The notes under the pieces were generated by a model. The model was not told the DNA's origin, searched no databases, and worked only from the letters and a program-made list of their open reading frames with translations. A stretch of DNA of 64,000 nt from Macrostomum lignano (lineage: Eukaryota): positions 136,873 through 200,872 of the forward strand of contig NIVC01000433.1 in NCBI GenBank assembly GCA_002269645.1, in the 5' to 3' direction. Position numbers and translations under genes: made by a program. Positions 11,721 to 29,814 of this stretch are shown here, in pieces; the first letter of the stretch is position 1, and every line of letters starts with the position of its first letter.

Positions 11721-13923
11721 TGATGTAACCACGCTCTGGTCGCGGGATACGGCAGGGGAAATTTTTCAAAAGTACCTCCGATCTCCGTGCACCTCCTGAG
11801 CAGAGCCGTCGAGACTGGGCCAGGTCTTTGACCAGGCCTGCTGACTCCCGCTCTGCTGCACCCCCTTGATGCCTCGGCTCCGTCTCCCGCGCAGCCACAC
11901 ATGCCTTTCCGGAGCCCCTACCTCTCTGTACCTCACCCGTTCCTCTATTTCCTATGCGCTCTACCCTATTCATTATGCACTTTTCCCGCTTCCCATCTTT
12001 TTGTCTCTTTTTGCACTGTTTTCCTGCGCTGTCCCTCCCTCTTTTGGTATCTACTGACAGTACTTTGTGCGCTCACCGTCACCCCATTCCTACTAAAACT
12101 CCCAAACGGTGACGCAAGTCCTGTGACCCCTCTTTCCCCTCGATGACTCATCGATGACTCACCACCCCCTCTTGCGCAATCTTTCTCATGCCATTGTTCT
12201 CCTCCCCAGATTTCTCATGCGACACCCACACCACCTCCGCTTCTATTGTTCTCGTTTTTGATTCTTTTGTTCTCCTCTTCGCACCCAATTATCACATTTT
12301 CCCAGATTTTCTCTTTCTTTTGTTCTCGTTTTCGCACCCAATTAGCACCTTTTCTCCAATGTTTACTTTTCTATTGTTTTTGATTCTCCCCAATTATCCA
12401 CGATTTCCATTTCCTTTGTTCTCGACCCCAGCCCCATTGTTCTCAATGTTTGCTTGCGCAACACTTTCTCGACCTCCCGCTGCGCCAATTATTCCCCCAC
12501 CCCACCCGGATTGCGCAATTTTCCCATTTCTCATGTTGCTATGCTGTTCTCATGCTTGTCATCATGACTCATTCTGACGTCATTCTGCCGGCATCCAATC
12601 AGAGAGAGGGAGTCATGGAAACGGCCTTGGAGCGGCGGCTGGGAAGGCTATATAAGGAAGCGGTTTTCGGCCTGAGAATCCTCAGAAGGCTTTTGTCTTG
12701 TCCCTATTGTGGACTTGCCGTCAGACCTCGATCTGACCCGTTCGTCTATAGGACGAACCTCTGCCGGTCCGCGGTCTGTTACCGCCAAGTTATCTTCAGC
12801 TCCCCAAACGAGTTCATTTGCCGGCCCGCGATCTGTTACCGCCAATCATCTTCAGCATCGCCTGAACTACATCAGCGCCTCGTCGCTTCAGCGCATCGCC
12901 GCTTCACTGCCTGCCCGACTGCAGCCAACGGCCGCCCACGGTCACTCCGTCGCTCTCTCTCTCTGTGCAGCCGCCGGTAAGTTCCTGTTACTAATTGTGC
13001 TCTAATTGCCTTTGCTTATCCGGGGTTCGCCTATTTTCCATTGCTTGATTAGAGAGCAGAGCCAATTGTGATACCGTATCTTTTGCTGTATTTATTTAAT
13101 AGTGAAGCCGCCTAATTGCCTGATTATTTCGCCTAAGGGCCTAATTATTAACTATTACTAACCTCCTCATTACTCACTCGTTCACCATCATTTCACTCAT
13201 GGCTTGCTAAGCCTTTCCCCCGGGGTGGCAAAGCATAAGGAAGTTTGGGTAAGCTAATGGCCTCTCCCTGTGCAAAGCCCGCCTGTGTGTGCGTGCTGCG
13301 GGTCTGCGTGTGCGGGCAGTAGAGGGATTAGCGAGTCTTGGCACAGCATGGCAGTAGGAAGGTTGCAACCCCATGCTGACGCGTCCCTTCGCCCTGAGAA
13401 ATCTAAACTATAGACAGTACATGTTCGCCTCACACTACTCTTAGTAATCAAAGCCGCAAGTCAGCCTCGCTCACAGCCACAAAGGATCCCCTGCTGAGAA
13501 ATCCTCCAGATTGAGCCCAGAGTTCCCGATCATGCCCCAAGCAAAGACCCTGTACTCGGCTGCATGTGTCTCCCCTGTTAGCCTAAATCCCCTGGTAACC
13601 AATCCAGACGGGGCTCTATAGCCTCGAGAGGTCTGGTAGTAAGATCCAGGTGCGCCAGGTCACATAGAGTGGTGGCAGCCACTCGGTCATGCTCTGACTG
13701 AGTGACCAACTATTGCACCTTGGCTACAGGTGGGGTCCATGTGGGTCCTTGGCCCTCTGGTCACGAAAGCGCTACCGAAGCTATCAATCATGTGGGCGGG
13801 ACAGTCTGGTGCTGGAGGTCCGTCAGGTCATTGCCCGATCATAGGCAGCCTACGGTCATTGCCCCCTCTGGTCATGCGTTCGTCTCTCAACGGAGCGGAC
13901 GGGCGACAAGGGCGGCTACATCA
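11721..13923 (+). mobile_element. 2203-bp insertion, probable solo LTR (Ty3/Gypsy-like)
   Basis: Termini TGATGTAACC...GGCTACATCA form an inverted repeat. It is flanked by a 4-bp target-site duplication CTTT (11717-11720 and 13924-13927). It has an internal CCAAT and TATA box and no convincing coding ORF. Removing it restores the host reading frame. Confidence 0.85.
12565..12656 (+). promoter_or_regulatory. Pol II promoter cluster inside the inserted element
   Basis: TGACTCA (12565-12571), TGACGTCA (12575-12582), CCAAT (12595-12599) and TATATAAG (12649-12656) occur in canonical order and spacing. Confidence 0.6.
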
Positions 13924-16900
13924 CTTTCTAGATGCTGAAGTGCAGCGGCTTATCGATGTAGTTGACAGGATTTATGGCTACAAATCAAAACCCATATTTG
14001 CATCTGTGCGGGCATTTCTCTTTACATACGGCGTGCAGGCGGCATTCCCTCATCATCTGCTGAAAAAGTACCTTCTGGTGAGAAAGGAGCAAGCGATTTT
14101 GGGAGCCACAGTTGGCGAAGGCACTCGCATTGAAAAAGTTGAAGTGAAGACAGTCGACAGCCCCGAGAATTTGATATGCTTCCAGCCGGTTCTGAGTGAC
14201 CAGCACAAACAGATGTTGGTCAATTCCAGTGACGTACTGGAGATCCACTTAATGACGGATCCATATTTCCCGGATTTTAATTATTCTGGCTACTCAATGC
14301 GGCCAATTTCTGACGAGCAGAACAAATCTTATTCCTTCCTGGACTGGCACCCAAGCAAGGTAATTAGCCAGTTAAAAGCTTCCGGTTTCTCCATGCTAAT
14401 CGTTCTTCCAGGCGCGTATTCGTCGCTAAAGTACGAAAATAATTTCCTCATGGCTCCCGGGAACGAGTACACAGCTGAGCATGCTAGAGAACTCCTGCAG
14501 TGAGGATCTTTACAACACACACTGCCACAGCGACCGATCGCCCGTGGTCTTCGCCAACTCACTGACTCGAAGGCAGGCAGAATTCACCTACAGCACCGCC
14601 GCCTACCTCTACGAGCAAATTAACAGCATTTTGATTGACAGGCTTGCAGCTGCCACGCCAATGTGCCGCACCCGTTGCCATGGCGATACCGTGACGCTCC
14701 CTGGCTTTAAAAAGTTTGCTGAAAGCGAAGATTTGCAAGAAATCGCCATGCAGAACGCGACGGACTATTGCAAAAGCAGGATACCCTGCTCATATCCGGA
14801 GTACAGCGCCAGCTTCTCATTCAGCAAGTGTCCCGGGCTCGGCAGCTCAACCGCAAAATTCTTTGCAAATTACGAAAATCGTCACTGGATACGTCACTGG
14901 ATTCACCAAAGTTAGCAAGGAGATGGCGCCTGCGCTTCACCAGCTGATTGCAGTTGCAAAGCAGATCGATAGCGGCATTCACTCCGCTCATCTAGAGGGC
15001 ATCTTTCGAAACTACGTAGCGGACTCCATGCTCAATGTCAAGATATTCATAGCGTCGATCAAGTCGCCTCAGATCATGCTCACCTGGGCCTACACGTTCA
15101 CAGATTTCCTGGCTGACACGGGCGGCCTGCTGGGCCTGTACATCGGCTGCAGTGTGCTCACCCTGTGCGAGCTGCTTTCAAGAGCTCCTCCACCACAGCG
15201 CGCTAGTCTTGCTCAAGTGAAAATCCGACGCTAGACGCTCAGGTGCAGCCGAGGAGCCTGAAGATGAAGCTGCTAAAATGAAGGTCATTACGGTCCCTGA
15301 AAGTAGCAGCCAAACTGCCTGATCTCAGAGACTTTGTATGGAAAAGATGTGATAAATACTTTCTAAGCACTGCAGGAAGTTCACACCCAAACTCATCTGT
15401 TTAACCAAAGTGTTTAAAAGCTTGCTCCTTTCAGCGAGATTTATTATGTCAGTAAGAACTAATCTTATAGAAATGCTGGTAATTAGTGTGAAAATTAAAC
15501 CTTTTTAATAAGTTTCTGCGAAAAAAAACTCTAGCTGTTAAATGCTTGATTTAGCATGTTTCGACGTAGTTTCCTGTCTATTATCGAGCATAGTTGTAGT
15601 ATTATCGAGAAAGCGGCTTTTACACCAGTATATGTCAGATAGTAGTATAACTATGTCACTCGAAATTAAAGTTATAAATAAGCACAGCGTCTACTCTTTT
15701 CTAGTAGTTTTTTGCGCAGTGTCACATAAATTTAATTTGGCAGCTAAAATTCTTCCACACTTGTACACGTACTTTTTGTTTCATGCTTACCCATGGAAAT
15801 TATTTAAGTTTTCTAAAATAGATTAGTGCAGCAATATCGTCACAGATTGTCAGCCCCTATAGAAGCTAACAGATAAGAACAATAGCACCGCAGCTCTCAT
15901 CTTGAGCGAGCCATTCTTCTTCTCAGACAAACTGCCCGTCCAAGCGCATAATCCAGCAGCGGTGGCAGATCTTGTGCGAGATGCAGGAACCTGATGGAGT
16001 CGCCCTCGGCAGCCAGCAACAGGTTTGGTGCTCTCGGCGTAGTGCTGCAGTTGGCGAACCAGATTTCCTTGCGACTTGGCCTGATCGTCCTCTGCGCATG
16101 CGTTTAGTACGCTCTCGGCTTTTGACTCGAAATCGCTGCGGGAATCGGGGGGGGGGATGGTAGTCAGCTTGTTGATTGTCGTCAAGGGGCTTTCTGCACT
16201 GTAGAAAAGCCACTAGGTGCTGGCGCCCCCTGCTTCTACGAGTCTACGGGCATTGCGGCGCTGCTCCTTCGTGTTACAAGGAATTACATGTATTGTACTT
16301 CTACCGGCGGTCTTGTGCCAAGTGCACTGGAGGACATGGCGCGACACAGAACGCTGGCTTCTGCAGCATTTCGGTTCGGTACGTCTGTATGAGAACTGTC
16401 AGTGTCCCGCACTTTCATACCGACTGAGGGGTACATTTATTGGTTTAATTATTCCAAGCTGCTGATCGAGTCAGTCCTGAGTCTTTTTACAACGTTCAAA
16501 GGTGACCCTGACCAACCATGCAGAATTGCTATGCATGCTGGACTGCAATATGCTGCCTTCTGCGTGTCACTACTGACTCGCTTCCTCTTCTAACATCACC
16601 TACGAGGAGCTGTATCGCCGGGCCCAGCTCCACCTAAAATCTGCCCACTGCGCGCGCACCCGTTACTGTCAATCTGTTTCTGGCTAAAGCCGAAATCTCT
16701 GATTTTCCTTGGATATTATTTTTACACAATTAGCGTTTTTAGAGCGTATTTTAGTGTTTTTGAACTTAATGTCCAACCGGCAGCCTATCATAAAAAACGG
16801 GTGCTGGTCTGTTAACTAAAACAATCTTAGAAGTAAGTCAAAACTTATTTCCTTTGAGAAGTTGAACATGCTTACATTTTTCTTTAAATAGCAGTACGCT

Positions 16901-18250
16901 CAAAAATGTTTGTTAAAATAACTTGATTTACAACACATGCTTGCAAGTTGTTCTAGTCCGAATATTTTGTGTTTTAAACGAACTTAACGTTGACTGGCTT
17001 CAAGTCCCCGTTGTTGTCACAACCAGCGCAGACAGCACTTGGCGTATGTGCCACTGCCAGTGGTGGCGGCGTGTGGCGTCTCGCATGTCTTGGATTCAGA
17101 CCAGACTCTATTTAATGTTCATACTCATATTATATATTGTCTTTTTGTATGCTTCCAAATTTGATCTATAGGCTACTACAGTACAGTACAGCTACTACAG
17201 CTGTATAGACATTTTAAAAAGGCCTTATATAGTGCTATACAATGTAGGCAATCTACAATGAATAAACAATTGTCATTTGTCAATGTATGCATAAATTGAT
17301 AATATTTTTGTCTTTTTCACATTTGAATCAAAGCCCATTTTTCATAGATTAAAATAGAGAAAACTTGTGTTTTGTATCTATATAGGCTAAAAAAGGCCTA
17401 TAGGCCTAATTGTAATTAAATTCAAAATATATTCAAAACATGGTGTATAATTATGCTAGAAAACTGCTAGAAATTTTTGTTTGAGGGGCCTATTGCATTT
17501 GTAATAGATAGCCTGATAGGCCTAGGGCTAGGGCCCTAGGGCCTAGGCTACTAAAATAGACATTTAAATTTTCATGTCTTGTCTTCTAAATTATCAACTA
17601 TTTTTTAATCTCAAAACTAAAAATTAATATCAAGATAGTCAAGTCAAGATATATAAATTTCTGAAGTAGGCATATTCATTATAAACAATTAGTCTCCTAA
17701 GATATTCAAACAAATACTATAATATATATTATATACAGCAATTTTAATAACTTACATTATATGTGCATAACTACAAAGTTGCCAACTGTCTTCCATAGCT
17801 ACCAAAAATATTGTTGACTATTATGCAATATAATCATATTTCAATCAAAATATGATAACTACTTAATTTTTAAAAAAGCAATTAATTTACTTTCTAAGCC
17901 AACAATGCAAACCAATGTATTCATATCTTTAAAGATTCCCATTATCTGCCTTTATTCACATATTCAAGTGTAGACTTTAATATTTTTTAAAATTATTTTC
18001 TCTTTATTCAATAGCTAGCCTCCTATCTTACAACTGACTAATATACCTTAGCCCTTGGCCCCAATTATTTCTTTCCTAATGCCCAATGAATATTGAGGCC
18101 TTATTTTTACATTTCTTCATTCTCATATAAAGACATCCAAGAGGCAGTTTTCAGTATAGGTATAAATACTTAGTACCCAAAATTTCTAAAGTTGCATCTT
18201 AAGAATAATTTTTCAACTCCCCTAAGATACAAAATGAAAAGATCCTATGA

Positions 18251-24274
<6,024 letters not shown>

Positions 24275-24834
24275 ATTAATGTTTTATTCATACTCATGTT
24301 TTAAACTTATTTTTTTCATATTTTATTAGCTCCGCAGTCAAACTAATTTTGTTGATATTCATTTTGTTTTAAAATCATAAAAACAACATGAAACGCATTT
24401 AAGATAATTTGTTATTATCATATTTATACGTACGAATATAAGTTTCTAATTGCATTAGGTTAGCAATAATTGCCAAATTAATATTAATAATTTCATTATG
24501 CACATTTGTTCTGTCTAATTAACTGTTCCAGTCGCATTTCTGTCGGGCTCGAACTGAAGAACACAAAGGTGCAATTTCAAGTTTTACAAATTTAACTGTT
24601 TGCTTACTTATTTTCTATAAGTTTATAACTATATTAATGCAAGTAAGTGGTATTTGTTATAGTTAGTTCGCCTGCTGAGGTATAAATATACGTACCGGTG
24701 TACTTTTCAATCGTTTGTACTGTTGTAAATGCAGGCGGTGCTTGTAGTTTCCATTTTTGCTTTAAATTTAAAATTATACTAGGTTGTACTGCACAGTCAA
24801 CGAATCCTCATTGACTTTGAGGTTCTATGAAACT

Positions 24835-25680
24835 CCGAAATCCCCAAAGCTACAAAATCTCCAAAAAGCTAAGAAATCCCCAAAAAGCTACAAAAATCCC
24901 CAAAAAGCTAAGAAATCCCCAAAAAGCTACATAAATCCCCAAAAAGCTAAGAAATCCCCAAAAAGCTACAAAAATCCAAAAAGCTACAAAATCCCCAAAA
25001 AGCTACAAATTTCCCAAAAAGTTACGAATTCCCCAGAAAGCTACAAATTTCCCAAAAAGCTACAAAATCCCCAAAAAGCTACAAATTTCCCAAAAAGTTA
25101 CGAATTCCCCAAAAAGCTACAAATTTCCCAAAAAGCTACAAAATCCCCAGAGCTACAAAATCCCCAAAAAGCTACGAAATCCCCAAAGCTACAAATTTCC
25201 CAAAAAGCTACAAATTCCCCAAAAAGCTACAAATTCCCCAAAAAGCTACAAAATCCCCAAAAGCTACAAATTTCCCAAAAAAGCTACAAATTCCCCAAAA
25301 AGCTACAAATTCCCCAAAAAGCTACAAAATCCCCAAAAGCTACAAATTTCCCAAAAAGCTACAAATTTCCTAAAAAGCTACGAAATTCCCAAAAAGCTAC
25401 GAATTTCCAAAAAGCTACAAATTTCCTAAAAAGCTACAAAATTCCCAAAAAGCTACGAAATCCCCAAAAAGCTACAAATTTCCCAAAAAGCTACAAATTT
25501 CCCAAAAAGCTACAAAATCCCCAAAAAGCTACAAATTTCCCAAAAAAGCTACAAATTTCCTAAAAAGCTACGAAATCCCCAAAAAGCTACGAAATCCCCA
25601 AAAAGCTACGAAATCCCCAAAAAGCTACAAATCCCCAGAGCTGCAAATTCGCCAAATCGACGAAATCCCCCGAAAGTATA
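24835..25680. repeat. ~19-20-bp A/C-rich minisatellite between the convergent MELK and coiled-coil genes
   Basis: Unit ccccaaaaagctacaaatt. Explains ORF 24784..25563. Confidence 0.95.
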
Positions 25681-25869
25681 AGATGAAAATTCCACGACTA
25701 ACAAAGCCAATAAATTTCCAAATCTCATAGACTCAGGAATCGCTCCTAAAAAAGAATTCGAAAGCCAAGCCTGACTGCATTGTCAACTGACTGTGTCGGA
25801 AACGGAAAGCCGAAAGCAACTGAAAATCTTGTCTGCAAATGTCTGCTGTATTTAATTTTCCACTGACTT

Positions 25870-28800
25870 CTATTCGTCGTCGAACGCCTTCTGCACCAGC
25901 TCGCTGATGGTGGTCATGGTGAGGTGGCCGAAGGTCCTGGCCACTTTGCCGGAGTCGCAGTCGCCGCCAACCACGTGCACCAGACGGACTCGAAGCGTGA
26001 CTGGCACCATGGGGTCCTCCTCCAGGATGTTGCTGCGCATCTGGCTGGTCAGGTCGATCCTGCCGGTGAACACGTCCAGCCGCGTGGCTCCGCCCTTGCC
26101 TTGGCTTGTCAGTTTCACCTCGACGTAGACGGACTCGCCAAGTTTATCCTGAATATCCGAGAGGCTGCGCAGAATTTCGGTGTGCACCGGCTCGCAGGTC
26201 AGCTGGATCAGCGCCTTCTGCCTGCCGCTCGGATCGTTGGACGATTTGGCTTCGAACTGCAGGCTCTTGAGCGTGAATGCAACGTTGGCGTAGATTCTCA
26301 GACTGGGCACTGTGAACAGCAGTTCTCTTAGCGACTTTGCCGACGGGCCCATCGAGATGCGGCCGGTTAGTCCGAATCCGGCTCGCCGGCTGAGACTTCG
26401 GCAAGAGGAGTTTTCTAGCTGGATATCCGCGGGGTCAGCAGCTACTTCGCTGGCTTCATCGCTCATGGCATTCTGGTAGCAAGTCGCTTGAGTTAACTCG
26501 GCTATCCATGGCTCACTTATATAGCTACCCAATGTAATTGTCTTGACATCTGCATATACCAGCCACTGCTAATGCCACAGACAATTCTGCAAATCTGATC
26601 GACCAAGTTGTTGCAGCAGCATCCTTGTCCATCTTTATTGCCATAAAACAAAATATCGGTTTTTCTATGACGCCAAATTCCGCGTTTAAAAAGCGCCTAA
26701 TATGAGTTTTAAAATGGCGCCAAATTCTGCGTTTAAAAAGCGCCTAATATCAAGTTAAAAATAGCGCCAAATTCCGCGTTCCACTTTTGATAAAAGCGCC
26801 TAATATCAAGTTTAAAATGGTGGCAAATTTTGATTCCAAAAATCGCCAAATAATAAATCGAAAGTGGCGCCAAAATCCTTGTTTAAAAAGCGCCAAATAT
26901 TAAGTCTAAAAAGGCGCCGAATTCCGTGTTAAAAAAGCGCCTAATATCAAGTTTGAAATAGCGCTAAATTTTTAGTCCATAAAGCGCAAATAATATGTCG
27001 AAAGTGGCGCCGAATTCCTTGTTTTAAAAGCGCCAAATATTAAGTCTAAAATAGCGCCAAACTCCGTGTTAAAAAAGCGCGAATTCTGAGTTAAAAACGG
27101 CGCCAAATTCTGATCATATATTTTCAGTTGTTGGTCACATCAACTAGATACGCCATACCCAGTGACAAAACGCAAAGTGCAGAATTAAACAAAACGGCTT
27201 TCTCCTCATGAAATAAAAAAATGTTTTCTTGGAATACAAGAGTACGCGGCGCACTTTTACTATATACTAACACAATGCCAAGTCTGTAATGAACTATAAT
27301 ATTACTATAATACTAAATGTATTCCACTGGAAATAAATTATTGCGTTATAATTACCGACACTGAAAGTCAAGCGTCAAGATGGCCGGCAAGTAGTCAACA
27401 GAAATAGTAGGTTTTGTGGAGGCAGTTCCGTCATAAGACTGATTGAATGGAATACCCATCTTCAGGGAGAATTGCAGATTAAGCCGACTGAAGGTTCAGG
27501 GGTATTTCGAGTTTGATCCGACTGAAGGTTCTGGGCCAGGGGTATTTCGATTTTAGCCTGTTAAAGGTTCAGGGGTATTTTGAGTTTCTGAAGGCTACTG
27601 AAGTCTCAGGGGTAATCTTGGTAGTTAGGATACCCCTACAAAAGGCTCATCGATCATCATGAAGGAGAAGTGTCAGATCACACGCTGCCTATCTCGAAGT
27701 CTATTAGCAATTCTGCTAACCAGACTCTCTTGAGCTCCTCTGTCATCGGTGACGCCGCTGCCACCGCCACAGCCGCCTCTGTTGCCGCCGTCCTCATTTT
27801 GCTGCTGATTGAGTCGCCCGGCGATGTCGGCTAAAGCGGCGTCGAATTTCTTAGCATCGACCAGCTGATCGGCGGAAATGTCCAGTCGTTGTTTCAGCAC
27901 GTCTAGCAGAGCAGCTTGATTCTCTTGACGCTGCCGCGTGGTCTGGAAGTCTGCTTGGAGGGCTTCAATGCGAGACAGTGCCGCGGAGCAGACGTCCTTG
28001 ATGGCGATGCTGGTGGCCGAGTGCTGTTGTTGACCACGTGGTGAGTTCGACCTGCGGCTGATTAACGTGTTATATTTCAACTTTCACATATTTAGTGACT
28101 AACAGGTGATTCTATTAGGTGTCTAACAGGTGATACTATTAGGTGTCTAACAGGTGATTCTATTAGGTGTCTAACAGGTGATTCTATTAGGTGACTAACA
28201 GGTGATTCTATTAGGTGTCTAACAGGTGATTCTATTAGGTGACTAACAGGTGATTCTATTAGGTGTCTAACAGGTGATACTATTAGGTGTCTAACAGGTG
28301 ATTCTATTAGGTGTCTAACAGTTGATACTATTAGGTGACTAACAGGGGATTCTATTAGGTGTCTAACAGGTGATTCTATTAGGTGACTAACAGGTGATTC
28401 TATTAGGTGTCTAACAGGTGATACTATTAGGTGTCTAACAGGTGATACTATTAGGTGTCTAACAGGTGATTCTATTAGGTGTCTAACAGGTGATACTATT
28501 AGGTGACTAACAGGGGATTCTATTAGGTGTCTAACAGGTGATTCTATTAGGTGTCTAACAGGTAGGTGTCTAACAGGGGATTCCGAACAAGCTGACTGCA
28601 ACACAGCGGACACCCAAGACAGGTGCTCAGCGTACCTGCCAGCCGTATCAGCCGTCTGCCCTGGTGTCTTCAACAAGCCCAAGCTCTTGGCTAAGCGATC
28701 CACCGAATCTCCGTATTGCTGCTCCTGCTCCTGCTCTTGCTGTTGCTTTTGCTGTTGCTGCTGCTTTTGCTGTTGCTTCTGCTGTTGCTGGAGCCCAAGA

Positions 28801-29781
28801 CCGGCGGTAGCGGTTGGCCACCTGGGTCCCGGGACTCGTCGTTGAGCCTGACGAAATTCACGAGTCATTCGCTCCCGTTCTCTGGCCTGCCTGTCCAGCT
28901 CGGCCTGAATTTATTTACAATTTAAAAAACAACGCATCGATCAGCTACTGACGAGTAACAATAAAAGAGAATGAATACTATTTTTGCGATGCACAGTGAA
29001 AATTAAAAATTTAGCAATAATTTTTCTTCTAAATTAACTATAACGAGATTTGAAAAGTAAAGGCCTCAAAGCTCAATCTATCTAGAAAAAACGCGACCTT
29101 TGTTAATACTAATTAACCCAATGACGACTTACACTGTAAGTAGAAGGACGGGAAACCTCGTTTCTTAGAAAAAAATTGAAGGCAGGCTTTTTTGTAAAAA
29201 TACACTACGGAGATAGGAAGTTTTCATTTTTTCAGCACAAAAATTGCTATTGCTTTTGATAGGAGCCAGATCCAGTGTTTATCTTTTGATATGCTGTGCC
29301 TTTCTTATTGATCTATCGATATTTATAAAACTTTTCGTTCAAAGAGTTAGGATTCTATGTTAATTTTTTATTCTACGTACATTTGCACGTATCTAAAAAC
29401 CATTGAAATGGCACGGCTTTAAACGAAAAGCTTTATAAAATATCGATAGATCAATAAGAAAGACACAACATATCAAAAGATGAACACTGGATCTGCCCCC
29501 TTATCAAAAGCAATAACAATTTTTGTGCTGAAAAGATTTGAAAACTTCCTATCTCCGTAGTGTATGTTTTCGGAAAAGCCTGCGTTCAAACACTTTCTAA
29601 GAAACGAGATTTTCCCTTCCACTTAAGTCGTCCTTGAATTTACCCTGACCAATAAAAATTATCGGCCTAAATTTATTTTCTCACCTTGTGCTGCTGCTCA
29701 CTTCGACTCAGTTGCAATTTTAGCCGGCGAATTTCTGCTTCCAGCTGATTGGCGTTCTGCACCAGGGACGATGGGATTGGT

Positions 29782-29814
<33 letters not shown>

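Larger units (their letters stand above)
11394..15234 (+). pseudogene. Intronless DEG/ENaC (ASIC/FaNaC/pickpocket family) channel, disrupted by a TE insertion and two frameshifts
   Basis: N-terminal SSAHG motif, TM1 (VMWILLFFICLGMFLNSGISLV), post-TM1 PDLYFCSSNPF, YSASFSFSKCP, and TM2 DTGGLLGLYIGCSVLTLCELL. The insertion is at 11721-13923; +1 frame changes occur near 14480 and at 14835-14915. The reconstructed length is about 543 aa. Confidence 0.85.

Noticed and set aside
13702-13938. SGHAFVSQRSGRATRAA as a tyrosine-recombinase (DIRS) motif
   Set aside because: The match to HSxRxGxAT is poor, there is no upstream catalytic Arg box, and the TSD plus TG...CA ends fit an integrase-type insertion.
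24784-25563. 259-aa Lys/Pro/Ser-rich ORF resembling a histone H1 tail
   Set aside because: It is the translation of a 19-20-bp satellite whose frame rotates between units.
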